From: Candidatus Poribacteria bacterium | GTDB taxonomy: Bacteria; Poribacteria; WGA-4E; PCPOR2b | Length of the DNA: 64,000 nucleotides | NCBI GenBank assembly: GCA_965215015.1 | Contig: OZ244042.1 | Span: 5,184,001-5,248,000 of the forward strand | Direction of reading: 5' to 3' | Shown here: in pieces, positions 10,213-20,225 of the stretch | Position numbering within the stretch: the stretch's first letter is position 1 | Layout: the number at the start of each line of letters is the position of its first letter | Program-made: the position numbers and the translations under genes | The notes under the pieces: model-generated | Seen by the model: the letters and a program-made list of their open reading frames with translations, nothing else | Told to the model about the DNA's origin: nothing | Database searches by the model: none

Positions 10213-12000
10213 ATGAGAAAATTAACCGATAATATCTTTTTTATTAAAGACACATGCAGCGTTTATGGAGTAACTGCAAACGATAAAACGCTTCTAATTG
10301 ACTGCGGGAGCTCCCCGACAAAACTTGAGACCAACGGTGTTCAGCGGGTCGATCAGGTGTTACTGACCCATTTTCATCGGGACACCTGTTCCGCTGCGGC
10401 CCACTGGAAAAGGGGTGGCGCGCAGATTATCCTCCCGTTTGCGGAGAAACGTTTCTTCGAGGAGACCGATCTCCTCAAGGCGTCTTATGATATTTATGAC
10501 AATTACACCTCCTACTACCCCTGCTTTGGTCCCTTGGAAGATCTTGTTCCGGACCAATACGCTTACGACTACGAGAGCGTGTCATGGGAGGGGATTCGTT
10601 TCGATGTGATTCCGCTGCCGGGCCACACGTTTGGCTCGGTGGGTTATCTTTTCGAGTTAGACGGACAACGGATACTCTCCTGTGGCGATTTGATGTCGGG
10701 CAGCGGGAAAATTCGGGACTATTTTTGGAGTCAGTGGAATTATATGGACTTCCAAGGGCATATCAATCATCTGGAGAGTCTGAAGACGGCTGTGGAGCTT
10801 AACGCAGATTTGGTTCTACCGGGTCACGGTGAACCATTTGAACGGACCGAGGAAGCGTTTGCCGAACTACAAGCGGCGTTGGAGGAATTGTATGAGCTCT
10901 TTCATGCCCACCCCTACGAATACTATCGCCCCGACTTTCGTCAAATCACACAGCATGTCTACGAGGTCACGAATTCTGGTGCGAACACCTATATTATTCG
11001 GGACGATGAAGGGCACGCGCTTTTCATCGACTGTGGCTATACATCTAACGCCCCCATCAGTGCCAATCCGCACCGTTTTATCAATAATCTGTCGCCCTAT
11101 CTCGAAACAGAGCTAGGAATTCACACCGTCGAATGGTTTCTGCCGTCTCACTATCACGATGACCACCTTGCTGGCTACCCGATGTTGCAAGCGTGTTACG
11201 GGACGCGGGTGGTGTCATCCCCGGAACTCAAGGATATCCTAGAGCACCCGGAAAATTACGACATGCCTTGTGCGGTGCCGCACGGAATGAAGGTCGATCA
11301 CGTCGTTGAACGGGGAGAGGCTTTCCAGTGGCGTGGGATTGAATTTTTCGTTGAACAGCATCCGGGCCAGACCTTTTACCATCATCTCATCTGGTTCACG
11401 GTGGATGGACAAAAATTCCTCTGCGTCGGAGATAATATCTCTGGGCTTTCATTCCGCGAACAGAGGGACTTTATTCACTCATTCATCCCCAAGAATCGGA
11501 CCCCGGTTTCGAGTTACCGGGATATGCCCCAACAGATTCTTGATTCTGCGCCGGACCAGATTCTTACGGGCCATGGTGGTTGCGTCCCATTCGATCGGTC
11601 GAAAGCAGAGCGTTGGGTTGATTGGATGGACCGGTGGACGAATCTCTTTACGCAGATTCTGGACCAACCGCACCCCAATATGGGGATGGACCCACACTGG
11701 GTGGAGTTTTATCCCTACAAGGTTCGTATCGAGCCCGGCGGGACAGTGACGTTTAACCTCACTATCACCAATCATGAATCGGAAGCGCGCGAGTGCACCC
11801 TACACTTCCGTTCTGTTGATGGCGTACAGCTCTCTCCGACAACGATAGATCTCCATGCCCCTGGGGGCACCAATACTACCTGTCAGGTGAAGGCAACCTT
11901 CCCGGAACGGTTTGTCACCCACGCGCTTCCCATCGTGGCAGATGTCACTTGGAATGGGGCACACCTCGGTGAGATTGCTGAAGCTATCGCTTACTGGTAA
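10213..12000 (+). CDS. Tandem MBL-fold metallo-hydrolase
   Basis: Two MBL domains: THFHRD...PGHT...PGHG and SHYHDDH...GHGG. Confidence 0.85.
   Translation: MRKLTDNIFFIKDTCSVYGVTANDKTLLIDCGSSPTKLETNGVQRVDQVLLTHFHRDTCSAAAHWKRGGAQIILPFAEKRFFEETDLLKASYDIYDNYTSYYPCFGPLEDLVPDQYAYDYESVSWEGIRFDVIPLPGHTFGSVGYLFELDGQRILSCGDLMSGSGKIRDYFWSQWNYMDFQGHINHLESLKTAVELNADLVLPGHGEPFERTEEAFAELQAALEELYELFHAHPYEYYRPDFRQITQHVYEVTNSGANTYIIRDDEGHALFIDCGYTSNAPISANPHRFINNLSPYLETELGIHTVEWFLPSHYHDDHLAGYPMLQACYGTRVVSSPELKDILEHPENYDMPCAVPHGMKVDHVVERGEAFQWRGIEFFVEQHPGQTFYHHLIWFTVDGQKFLCVGDNISGLSFREQRDFIHSFIPKNRTPVSSYRDMPQQILDSAPDQILTGHGGCVPFDRSKAERWVDWMDRWTNLFTQILDQPHPNMGMDPHWVEFYPYKVRIEPGGTVTFNLTITNHESEARECTLHFRSVDGVQLSPTTIDLHAPGGTNTTCQVKATFPERFVTHALPIVADVTWNGAHLGEIAEAIAYW
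10519..10820 (+). repeat. 302-bp direct repeat, copy 1 (inside the MBL gene)
   Basis: Matches 13264-13565 with 3 substitutions. Confidence 0.95.
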
Positions 12001-12015
12001 GGAAAGGTTGATATC

Positions 12016-12129
12016 ATGACCCCCTCACACATTAATCCGGCGCAACACAAACAATTATTCCTCAACGACCACGCCATTGAGAGCATGTCCAACGTAATCA
12101 GGACGTTGCATCAACCTGAGAAACAAGGA
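12016..12129 (+). pseudogene. N-terminal fragment of a probable beta-propeller glycoside hydrolase-like gene
   Basis: MTPSHINPAQHKQLFLNDHAIESMSNVIRTLHQPEKQG carries a QLFxDD...RTLHQP-like N-terminal motif; similarity stops at the RBS of the next gene. Confidence 0.55.
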
Positions 12130-12137
12130 GGATTATC

Positions 12138-13096
12138 ATGTTTAACCGTTTGTTTGCCTTATCAATCGTCGTAATGCTTATTCTGTTTGCTGGCATTGGT
12201 TATTATCTTTATCAAGAGCATACCGAAGAGATAATTCCATCGTGGAACGCCCTTGAAATTAACGAAACTCCGAATGCGGCTAGGCTTAATTCGATAAAAA
12301 ACTGCTGTCCGTTGAGGTCCCAATGGAACCTCCCCCGATAGATAGATGGGAATATAAACCGCAAATCCAACAACCTGCTGCCACGGAAGAATTTGTTGAA
12401 ATCCCCATCGATCAAATAGAGTTTCGCGAAATTACAACCCCAGATGGCAAAGTTCATTTAGCCCCCTTCCCAAAGGGGAGTCCACCCATTGAAGGGGGAT
12501 ATGTCAGTTACCCGGAAGAAAATGAAAAACTGATTACCCCTAACAGTTACTTTGTGTTTGAGAATGTACAAGTCCCCGAAGGGGAAAACCTAGAAGATTA
12601 TCAGATGAAAACGCTTTTAGCTGCCGCACATGGCATTTCGATGGAAGAGGTCGAAGCGCAGTTAAAACAAGGGATGCTGACATATACTATAGAACCGTCT
12701 AACGAGAATTGGGCTGATGGTATAGAAGGCGCGGCGGAACTCATAGATTTCCTAATAGACGCGGGGGTGTCGGATGATGCAATAGATGCAACCTTTGACT
12801 CACCTGATTTATCAGAAAAATCTACGAACTCAGCTGCCGAGGTAACCGAGAAAAGTCAGGCTAAGGTCCCGGTTGCTCCGTCAGGCGTACCCGAAGCAGT
12901 CAAGTCCATAGCACCGGAAGCGGTCAACTCTAAACCCACTCCAGTTAAAAAAGAGTTGGAACCAAACAAGCGTGAGGTCGAAGAGCGCGAGATGCCAATG
13001 GAGGAACAACGCTCGCCGGAACGGACTCGGCGGTTACGGACGCCCCCTGCTCCGTCTGTACCGGAGGCACCGCAAGAGCCTAACATCGAACAATAA
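12138..13096 (+). CDS. Membrane-anchored lineage-specific protein, frameshifted at an A6 tract (12296-12301)
   Basis: ORF 12138-12341 (TM signal) and ORF 12323-13096 join if one A is added; shares TPDGK(V/I)H and GISMxEVE motifs with 60797-62029. Confidence 0.65.
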
Positions 13097-13120
13097 TAAC
13101 AAGCTAATGGTCAATATAAA

Positions 13121-13152
13121 CCCCCTCGCTCTATGCGGTGGGGCTTTTTTTT
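13121..13152 (+). terminator. Probable intrinsic terminator
   Basis: CCCCCTCGC...GCGGTGGGG stem followed by a T-run, after the stop at 13096. Confidence 0.6.
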
Positions 13153-13263
13153 AAACTGAAAGTAGAAAAGATTATAATTAGAACTATAAAAAGCAATGGA
13201 GATAGGCAATTGGCTGTAAAAGCGTGTCTGCACCAGTATTACTATAATTTGTGGATAAACAAT

Positions 13264-13565
13264 CCCTGCTTTGGTCCCTTGGAAGATCTTGTTCCGGACC
13301 AATACGCTTACGACTACGAGAGCGTGTCATGGGAGGGGATTCGTTTCGATGTGATTCCGCTGCCGGGCCACACGTTTGGCTCGGTGGGTTATCTTTTCGA
13401 GTTAGACGGACAACGGATATTCTCCTGTGGCGATCTGATGTCGGGCAACGGGAAAATTCGGGACTATTTTTGGAGTCAGTGGAATTATATGGACTTCCAA
13501 GGGCATATCAATCATCTGGAGAGTCTGAAGACGGCTGTGGAGCTTAACGCAGATTTGGTTCTACC
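13264..13565 (+). repeat. 302-bp direct repeat, copy 2 (internal MBL gene fragment)
   Basis: Duplicate of 10519-10820; has no native start or end. Confidence 0.95.
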
Positions 13566-13582
13566 TGGAGTAAAGGGAAGGT

Positions 13583-15133
13583 TCAATTTCCTGCGTTTGA
13601 CCAATCCGACAGGATAACAGCGGCGGCGTTATGCCCCGGTGCTCCAGTGACTTCGCCGCCGGGGTGTGTGCCTGCCCCGCAGAGGTAGAGATTAGTGATA
13701 GGCGTTCGATAGTGCGCCCAACCGGCGAGCGGCCGTTGAGCAAGGAATTGGCTGGCAACGATATCGAGGTGACGGATGTTTCCGTCGGTGAGACCGACCC
13801 GCCGTTCCAGGTCGATGGGTGTAAACAGCGACCAGTCCACGATAATATCACGGAGATTTGGCGCATAGGCGGAAAGGGTGTCAATAAGCCCTTCCCCGAC
13901 CTCTTGCCGCCGTCCATCCCACGTTCCCTCCCGTAGATGGACAGGGGCGTAGAGTGCCCAGATCGACATGACGTGATGGCCCGCCGGTGCCATTGTAGGG
14001 TCGTAGACGGACGGAATTTGCACCTCCATCACAGGGGCACTGGAGGGCAAACCATGTTTGGCCTGCTCCCAACTGCGCTCATAGTATTCAATGGATGGGC
14101 AGATCTTGATTTCTGACAGGTAGCGTGGGTCGAAGTCACCATTGAAGTAGGTAGAGAAATCGGGAAGGTCATTGAGGGCAGCGTGAAATTTGAGATAAGC
14201 GGCATTTGTTTTCAACCGCGTGGTGCTTTCTATGAAGTTAGGCCTGAGGTGTTCGCATGGAACGAGCTTGAGGAAGGTGCGCTTGGGGTCGGCGTTGGAA
14301 ACAACGATGCGGCTGCGAATCTCCGTACCGTCTGCAAGGGCGACCCCACAGGCTGTCCCATCCTCAACGATAATGCGGTTGATTGTCGCCCCGGTTTGTA
14401 ACGTTGTCCCGCGCGCCCGGGCGGATGCGGCAAGTGCCTGTGTAATGCTTCCCATTCCACCCTTGACGATGCCGTTATTTTCGGGTTTGGTAAAGTTGCC
14501 GCATTTGATATAGGTGTAAGCCCATGCACTCCCCGGCGCGTCGATATCGCCGGCGTCTTGCGCTTGGGCATATGCGCCCTGCATCGCCTCGGACTCAAAA
14601 AACTCGGTCAGTAGGTCTTTCATGCTTACGGTGAGGAGCCGGTCAAGTAATACTTCATCATCGGTGCCGCGCGCCCGTTCGGCGATTTGGCTGATCGTTG
14701 GGGGTGTCGTCAGAAAGTATGGATAGATAATGCTTGCTGCTCGCTTCCAAAAGTCTAACCATTTTGGAAAATTCTTCGCATCGCGGCAGGAGAACCGGGC
14801 AATCTCCTCTTGGGTGCGTTCCACATCGTCCCAGACAAGTAAGCGTGAGCCATCGGGATACGGTTGGAAGCGTGAGGGATCGAGGTGATAGACTTCAAAG
14901 CCGTGTTTGTGCAGCTCCAGTTCTTTGATGACCTTGTTCTGTAACAGATGGCAGATATAGGAACAGGCGGAAAATCGGTAGCCGGGAAACAGTTCCTCGG
15001 TTACACATGCTCCGCCGAGGCAATCACGCCGCTCCAACAACAGGACATCTAACCCTGCCTCCGCCAAATACCCCGCCGTAACTAAGCCGTTATGCCCGCC
15101 ACCGATAATTATGACATCGTGGTCTGGTGTCAT
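13583..15133 (-). CDS. NAD(P)/FAD-dependent oxidoreductase, phytoene dehydrogenase (PYROXD2-like) family
   Basis: IIGGGHNGLVTAGYLA, GGMGSIT and YLCGAGTHPGGEVTGAPGHNAA motifs. Confidence 0.9.
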   Translation of the reverse strand: MTPDHDVIIIGGGHNGLVTAGYLAEAGLDVLLLERRDCLGGACVTEELFPGYRFSACSYICHLLQNKVIKELELHKHGFEVYHLDPSRFQPYPDGSRLLVWDDVERTQEEIARFSCRDAKNFPKWLDFWKRAASIIYPYFLTTPPTISQIAERARGTDDEVLLDRLLTVSMKDLLTEFFESEAMQGAYAQAQDAGDIDAPGSAWAYTYIKCGNFTKPENNGIVKGGMGSITQALAASARARGTTLQTGATINRIIVEDGTACGVALADGTEIRSRIVVSNADPKRTFLKLVPCEHLRPNFIESTTRLKTNAAYLKFHAALNDLPDFSTYFNGDFDPRYLSEIKICPSIEYYERSWEQAKHGLPSSAPVMEVQIPSVYDPTMAPAGHHVMSIWALYAPVHLREGTWDGRRQEVGEGLIDTLSAYAPNLRDIIVDWSLFTPIDLERRVGLTDGNIRHLDIVASQFLAQRPLAGWAHYRTPITNLYLCGAGTHPGGEVTGAPGHNAAAVILSDWSNAGN

Positions 15134-15155
15134 CTTGACTCTCCTTCAAAAATTT

Positions 15156-15385
15156 ACTCAGGTTTATACCTCCACGGATAGCCTTCGCATCAGTAACAGG
15201 TTTAAATTCTTCTAGTTCTTCCGGTGTTATAGGTTGCGCGTCTGGATCTCTTCCTCTGTCATTGTGTCCACTTGTTCCCAGTCAATTTTCTCCTTTGATG
15301 GATTATTCGGATCAAGTGTAACTCTCGTGATATTTTTTTTCGCTCATGAGGTTCTGCTATTCTTACTGAGATAATTCTTGTGTCA
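15156..15385 (-). pseudogene. Remnant toxin-antitoxin pair (BrnT-like C-terminus plus HTH antitoxin)
   Basis: TRIISVRIAEPHER overlaps ATG 15347 of a frameshifted MSEKN-ITRVTLDPNNPSKEKIDWEQVDTMTEEE..DPDAQPITPEELEEFKPVTDAKAIR. Confidence 0.6.
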
Positions 15386-15463
15386 ACAGAACCCGTAGGT
15401 CAAGATTCACATCTCGACAAAATACTGAAGCGGCTTTAGGTGACAACTTGATTTTAATATCGT

Positions 15464-16453
15464 CTAATGGGTGCGTCGGGCTAGGAAGTAATCCGCATTG
15501 GTGCCGAGTTTTTGTAGCAGCGGTGTTGTCAGTTCATCCAATTTTGCGATAGTCTCAGGGGAAAGGGTGAGTGCCGCAACATGTAGATTCTCCTCAAGTT
15601 CCGATAGATTGCGGGTGCCGACCAACTCACAGGTGATACCGGGCTTTGCAATGGTCCAAGCGATTGCAAGGCGACTCATGGGAACCCCTTCCGCCTCGGC
15701 GACTTTTTTAATACCTTCAACGGCGACGAACATTTCCTCCTCTGCCCCCTCTTCACCGTGCCCTGCCCTTTCCCGATCCCCACGAAAATGTCGGAACCGT
15801 GCGTGGACCGCTGGAATTTCCTCTGCTGTCTTATACATACCGGTTAGAAGGCCTTGTAGCAGCGGCATATACCCTAAAATCCCCATCCCGTGTTTTTGGC
15901 ATAACGGTAAAATCTCCAACTCAATCGCCCGTGATAGGAGATTGTAGCAGAGCTGGTTCACATCGATCTGAACGCCGGTGGCAAGGGCTTCGGACAGTTG
16001 CTCTACACCAAAGTTGCTAACGCCAATTGACCGGATCTTACCCTCCTCCTTCAACGCGTTCAAGGTTTCAAACGCGTCCTTAACAGAGTGTTCCGTGATG
16101 GGCCAATGAACGATATAGATATCGATATAATCCGTCTGCAATCGGCGGAGACTAGCATCGCAATGCTCGCGCAAAACTGTGGGCTCGGTATTGTTCGGAC
16201 TAATCTTGGTAGCGATAACCGCTTCGCTGCGCCGCCCTTTTAAGGCTATACCTACCGCTTCTTCGCTCCGTCCCTCGTTGTATCCCTCCGCCGTGTCAAA
16301 GAAGTTGATACCGTGGTCGAGCGCTGCGTGTGCCACCGCATCGACATCTTCTTGCGCTTGAGGCCCCCAGTAATCCCCTCCCCCATAAGACCAACCGCCG
16401 ATCCCCATTACAGAGATTTCAATGCCAGATTTTCCACATGTTCGCTTTTCCAT
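15464..16453 (-). CDS. Aldo/keto reductase
   Basis: FFDTAEGY, SLRRLQTDYIDIYIVHWP and IGVSNF motifs. Confidence 0.92.
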   Translation of the reverse strand: MEKRTCGKSGIEISVMGIGGWSYGGGDYWGPQAQEDVDAVAHAALDHGINFFDTAEGYNEGRSEEAVGIALKGRRSEAVIATKISPNNTEPTVLREHCDASLRRLQTDYIDIYIVHWPITEHSVKDAFETLNALKEEGKIRSIGVSNFGVEQLSEALATGVQIDVNQLCYNLLSRAIELEILPLCQKHGMGILGYMPLLQGLLTGMYKTAEEIPAVHARFRHFRGDRERAGHGEEGAEEEMFVAVEGIKKVAEAEGVPMSRLAIAWTIAKPGITCELVGTRNLSELEENLHVAALTLSPETIAKLDELTTPLLQKLGTNADYFLARRTH

Positions 16454-16525
16454 TTATCGTTTCCTCTTTAATAGGACTTACGCAGTTGAACGCTCAACGT
16501 CCCGATGTTGTTGAATTGGAACACC

Positions 16526-16555
16526 GGTTACGGCATACGGAATATGCCTACTACT
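16526..16555. repeat. REP-like palindrome family A (GGCATACGGnRTATGCCTACTAC). Other copies at ~24905-24935, 29805-29833, 34683-34704, 42804-42833, 47746-47774, 54462-54483
   Basis: Recurrent GTAG-flanked hairpin GGCATAC/GTATGCC at gene ends, in both orientations. Confidence 0.85.
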
Positions 16556-17395
16556 TTATTCCCATCGATCCAGTCCCAACAATTTTCGTCCTAATGGAGA
16601 CAGTTCTGCTGTTTGACCTGTTTGGTGCTCCTTCTCGTTTCGGAGCTCCCACGTCGTCACACCGGTGACCTCTATGACTAGTCCCGCTAGGCGATCTCGC
16701 CACGCTTTAAGCCGATGGTTTCGGGCGTCCTCATCATATCCCTGCGACGGGAACATGGTAATGTACTGTGCGACTCGTGGGTGCGTTGCTGTGTTGGAGC
16801 TGCTGCCGTGGGGCAAGGCACTATGCCAGATAATGAGGTCGCCCGCTGCTCCGGGAATCGGTTGCGCCCCAAGGCTTTCCAGATCTTGCTTACGTGGATT
16901 CGCCTCCGGCGGCAGTTTTTTTAACCAAGCCTCAAGCTGTCGATGGAATCTCGGTACGCAGGTGAACGCTCCCTGATTGGCTGCGGTGTCCGTCAGGTAT
17001 AACACCCCTTGAACCCAGAACTCAATTGGTAGTTGCAATTGGGTATCCCAGTGAAGTTTACCGGGATGTTTCCAATCTGGTCGCTCTGGCGGATTCATGC
17101 TGGCCCGATCAATGCTCACCCACAGATTCTCAGTTCCCCAAATTTCCGCAAACGCTTGATGAACGCGAGGATACTGACGGTTGTCCCATAGTGCCTGATG
17201 CTGATATATCTCCGTCATGATAGTAGAACGAGGCGGGTCGGGGTACCAGCTCTCCGGATCGTCGGGCCGCATCTCCAAAAAATTCCACACAGCTCGCTCG
17301 GCAGCTTTGAGGTTCTCCGGTGGCACGGCTTTGTGAATGACTATGTAACCGTTTTCCTCCCAGAATTTTCGGTCTTCTACCGTTAGAACAGACAT
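16556..17395 (-). CDS. Phytanoyl-CoA dioxygenase (PhyH) family protein
   Basis: ENGY, LHWD, QGVLYLTDT and GDLIIWHSALPHGS; GAGG RBS before ATG 17395. Confidence 0.88.
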   Translation of the reverse strand: MSVLTVEDRKFWEENGYIVIHKAVPPENLKAAERAVWNFLEMRPDDPESWYPDPPRSTIMTEIYQHQALWDNRQYPRVHQAFAEIWGTENLWVSIDRASMNPPERPDWKHPGKLHWDTQLQLPIEFWVQGVLYLTDTAANQGAFTCVPRFHRQLEAWLKKLPPEANPRKQDLESLGAQPIPGAAGDLIIWHSALPHGSSSNTATHPRVAQYITMFPSQGYDEDARNHRLKAWRDRLAGLVIEVTGVTTWELRNEKEHQTGQTAELSPLGRKLLGLDRWE

Positions 17396-17486
17396 CTTTC
17401 TACCCTCCTCGATTCTCACCTGCTCATTCCATAAAGCTGTGAGCTCTGCTATACACCTATCGCCCCGGTGGGGCTATGTTGGTTGA

Positions 17487-17540
17487 TTAGTTCATTGGCT
17501 CATTCGTACAATTAATGAACTTTTGAACTAATGAACTCTT
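17487..17540. repeat. Degenerate 8-mer tandem repeat (TTCATTGG/TTCATTAG). Other patches at ~21372-21408, 34655-34732, 35957-36000, 42050-42088, 43633-43657, 44988-45013, 49345-49369
   Basis: The same octamer is iterated 2-5 times in many intergenic regions. Confidence 0.75.
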
Positions 17541-17631
17541 GAGGTCACAGCATACGGAGATGAGTCGGGAGATTTAAAGCAATATGCCTACCACTACTAG
17601 CACCATTGGTTAGTCTAGGTGATTGCCGCCC

Positions 17632-18489
17632 TTATTGAGGAGGTGTCCAGTTTTTGATGTGCTTTTGCCAAACGCGCTCTACTTCACCTCGAATGGCTTG
17701 CACATCCTTCCATCGGTCTGGAAATACTGACAGTGTATAGCCCATTGCTCCCTGTTCAGGACAGACAAACATCTTTCGCCCCGGCGTCGCCGCCTGCAGC
17801 CAGACTTCGATGAGTCGATCCGCAAACTCGAGCCAGTCCAAGAACTCCGGCGTGAACTCGCCCTCGTGATCGAGCGCGGGGATCTGGCAGTGGTGTCCGT
17901 TAAAAGGACGGAAATGAAACTGCTGTGCAAGTTGGATTAAGTCAATCCGCTCTGCCAGTCGATCCCAGTACGGTGGCGACAGGTGCTTGATGATAGCAGG
18001 GTGTGAGAAATCCCACGTCATTTTTAAGGGGCGTCCCTCCGCTTTCTCAAAACCTTCTGCGAGCGCGTAAGCCTTTTCTGGCGTCTCAGTGCAGGTGTCG
18101 CGGTGCACCTCAATAGCCACATCCATCTCTAATCTGCCTGCGGTCTCCATGACTTGGCGTGCCCGTGTTATCGCTTCTTCTGTTGAGGTATCGTGGTCAA
18201 GCATCTGCACATTGACACAGACTGCTCCCACCTCTTTGATTGCCTGAAGCTTTGGTTCAACCTCAGCAGCCTCCCCTATATCCACAGTTGCTGCAAACAA
18301 TAACCCGTGCTGTTGTACATGCTCGGCAGTAACGACCGGTACTCGACCGAGAAAGCCATCGAATCCGGCGTTTTTGATCTCCACTAACTTCCGATCAGTA
18401 GACCATTCTCCATCCGCGTCGCCATAGTCTGTTAAGGTCCAGAGCGTTGCCATGTGTCGGATCTGCGGTGGGTTAATTGTATTTGCCAT
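17632..18489 (-). CDS. Xylose isomerase-like TIM-barrel (sugar phosphate isomerase/epimerase) protein
   Basis: AGFDGF, IEVHRDT, WDFSH, HFRPFNGHH and CPEQG motifs; GGAGG RBS before ATG 18489. Confidence 0.75.
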   Translation of the reverse strand: MANTINPPQIRHMATLWTLTDYGDADGEWSTDRKLVEIKNAGFDGFLGRVPVVTAEHVQQHGLLFAATVDIGEAAEVEPKLQAIKEVGAVCVNVQMLDHDTSTEEAITRARQVMETAGRLEMDVAIEVHRDTCTETPEKAYALAEGFEKAEGRPLKMTWDFSHPAIIKHLSPPYWDRLAERIDLIQLAQQFHFRPFNGHHCQIPALDHEGEFTPEFLDWLEFADRLIEVWLQAATPGRKMFVCPEQGAMGYTLSVFPDRWKDVQAIRGEVERVWQKHIKNWTPPQ

Positions 18490-18690
18490 ATCATTTTCCT
18501 CCCAAGTCATAAGCGAAAAGTGGCGAATGCCTCCAACGTCGGGCATCAAGGCTTATATGAATCTGTGAAACCGGACACATCGCCCCCATTGGCTCACAAT
18601 CCACAAGGGATTTTTGATTGATTTTTGATTGAATTGTAAGTCTCGAAAGGATATACTAAAGCAAAATTGATGTCAAGAAATAAAGTCAGT

Positions 18691-18818
18691 TAGGAGTTAC
18701 ATACTTCCGTAGGGAGTCTCTGCTGTAGTTGCCCGATTCGCCGGGCGTTGGCAACGGTGCCCAGCGGCGACAAATCGCTGAACTACAAGTTTTTGGGCGT
18801 TCAACTGCGTAAGTCCTA
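18691..18818. mobile_element. MITE with TAGGACTTACGC-type terminal inverted repeats
   Basis: TAGGAGTTAC...GCGTAAGTCCTA flanked by a TCAGT 5-bp duplication. Confidence 0.7.
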
Positions 18819-18884
18819 TCAGTTATGAAGATTGAGACCTGCTATTAACCACCAGTCCATCGACTGTCAATATCTGAGCCGAAG

Positions 18885-19964
18885 TCAGGCTTGTCGGATA
18901 AACACGCCGGCTCGGGCAGCAATGTCAATTGCTTTGCGTGCATCTACCACCCGGGGACCCTTGGGGTTCAATTGTAATTGGACGGTTACACCTTGCCGCA
19001 GTTCAATTTCGCGCTCGCCATCAAGGGCAAGGACACAGGGTTGTTGATGCTTCACAGTGACTGTTTCACCCGGTGCCAAAGGATGAGATTCCGTCAAGCT
19101 GACTTCGCGGAGGAGACCGGGGGCGATGGGAGCGAGCACCGGCTGCCCCCCCGACCCCAACCGAAGATATAGCCCCTGCTCGGAAGAGTTACCCCGGATT
19201 GGCGCGTGGGCACCGATTGATGAAAGACCGATGCTACCCGGCTCAACGCGGGTCAAAATAACCTCCTTTATTTTGGCTGCATCCCAGATGGCGCGGGAGG
19301 CAACGAATCGCTCATCGTAGACAGCGACATCTACCAGAGCGATGTCATCTGGCGTTTCGGTATCCCCAGAAGTTTGCGCTGCGTGTTCAGTCGAATTAGC
19401 GTAACCGAGCTCGCCCATCTGATCGCTCTCGCTGGCTTTTTCGCAAAAAATGTCCAGGCGGGGTGCCCGTTGCACCGCTTCATCTGCCAGCCTACGTGTC
19501 ACTAAGCCGGCTGCCATTCCGGCAATCGTTCCTTCCAGCATTGTGGGGAAAACGTTGTTAGTGCCGGTAGAGATTGGCATGAGGGGCACGTTACCACACC
19601 CCTTGGCTACCGCGCGGTTGGTGCCATCTCCACCCAATGTGACGATACAGCCGACCCCCTCCGCTGCCATGAGTTCAGCCGCCTGCGTTGAATCTCTTTG
19701 GGTGAACGTTTTGAACATAGGCAGAATTGAAACATCGAGCTCGGTCTGTAGCCCATCAAGTGCTTTTGGACCGATGCTGAACGAGTCGGGCATCAGAAAC
19801 ACGCTGCTAACGCCTACCGCCTCAAGTCCCAGCAGGACGCGGCGGACGATGTTGACCTTTTCGTCGTTGTTGAACACTGCACCGTGGGCAACCAGTCTAC
19901 GGATATCTCTGCCTGACGCTGGGTTTGCGATGATGCCGACACTGTTTGTATTATTTGTTAACAT
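18885..19964 (-). CDS. ATP-NAD kinase family protein, AcoX-like
   Basis: GIIANPASGRDIRRLVA, LGGDGTNR, ISTGTNNVFP and ALDGERE motifs. Confidence 0.85.
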   Translation of the reverse strand: MLTNNTNSVGIIANPASGRDIRRLVAHGAVFNNDEKVNIVRRVLLGLEAVGVSSVFLMPDSFSIGPKALDGLQTELDVSILPMFKTFTQRDSTQAAELMAAEGVGCIVTLGGDGTNRAVAKGCGNVPLMPISTGTNNVFPTMLEGTIAGMAAGLVTRRLADEAVQRAPRLDIFCEKASESDQMGELGYANSTEHAAQTSGDTETPDDIALVDVAVYDERFVASRAIWDAAKIKEVILTRVEPGSIGLSSIGAHAPIRGNSSEQGLYLRLGSGGQPVLAPIAPGLLREVSLTESHPLAPGETVTVKHQQPCVLALDGEREIELRQGVTVQLQLNPKGPRVVDARKAIDIAARAGVFIRQA

Positions 19965-20225
19965 ATTGGGAAGATCTATGGAGAAGTCATCTTTACCGAT
20001 TGCAACGTTGGGAGATGTTACTTAGGTTTAGAAACGCTAAAATAACCGCCTCAAAGATTATAACACAGTTTTGTTATATTTTGTGTTGATTTTTTGGTAC
20101 AGCTTTCGCCTAAACTTTTTGGTTTAATTTCTGAGGTAAGCGTGCTACAATTTTGACAATTGTTGGGGCGCACCGTCCATTTGCAAATTTTCCCGTCGCT
20201 GCGCTCACGTTCAGGAGGTTAAATT

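Noticed and set aside
13264-13565. 302-bp duplicate as a DGR template/variable repeat pair
   Set aside because: Only three differences (C/T, T/C, G/A), not adenine-specific; no reverse transcriptase in the window; the MBL interior is not a typical target.
13138-13617. 159-aa ORF as a real gene
   Set aside because: Chimera of terminator/AT-rich DNA and the duplicated MBL fragment; lacks the first metal-binding motif and an RBS.
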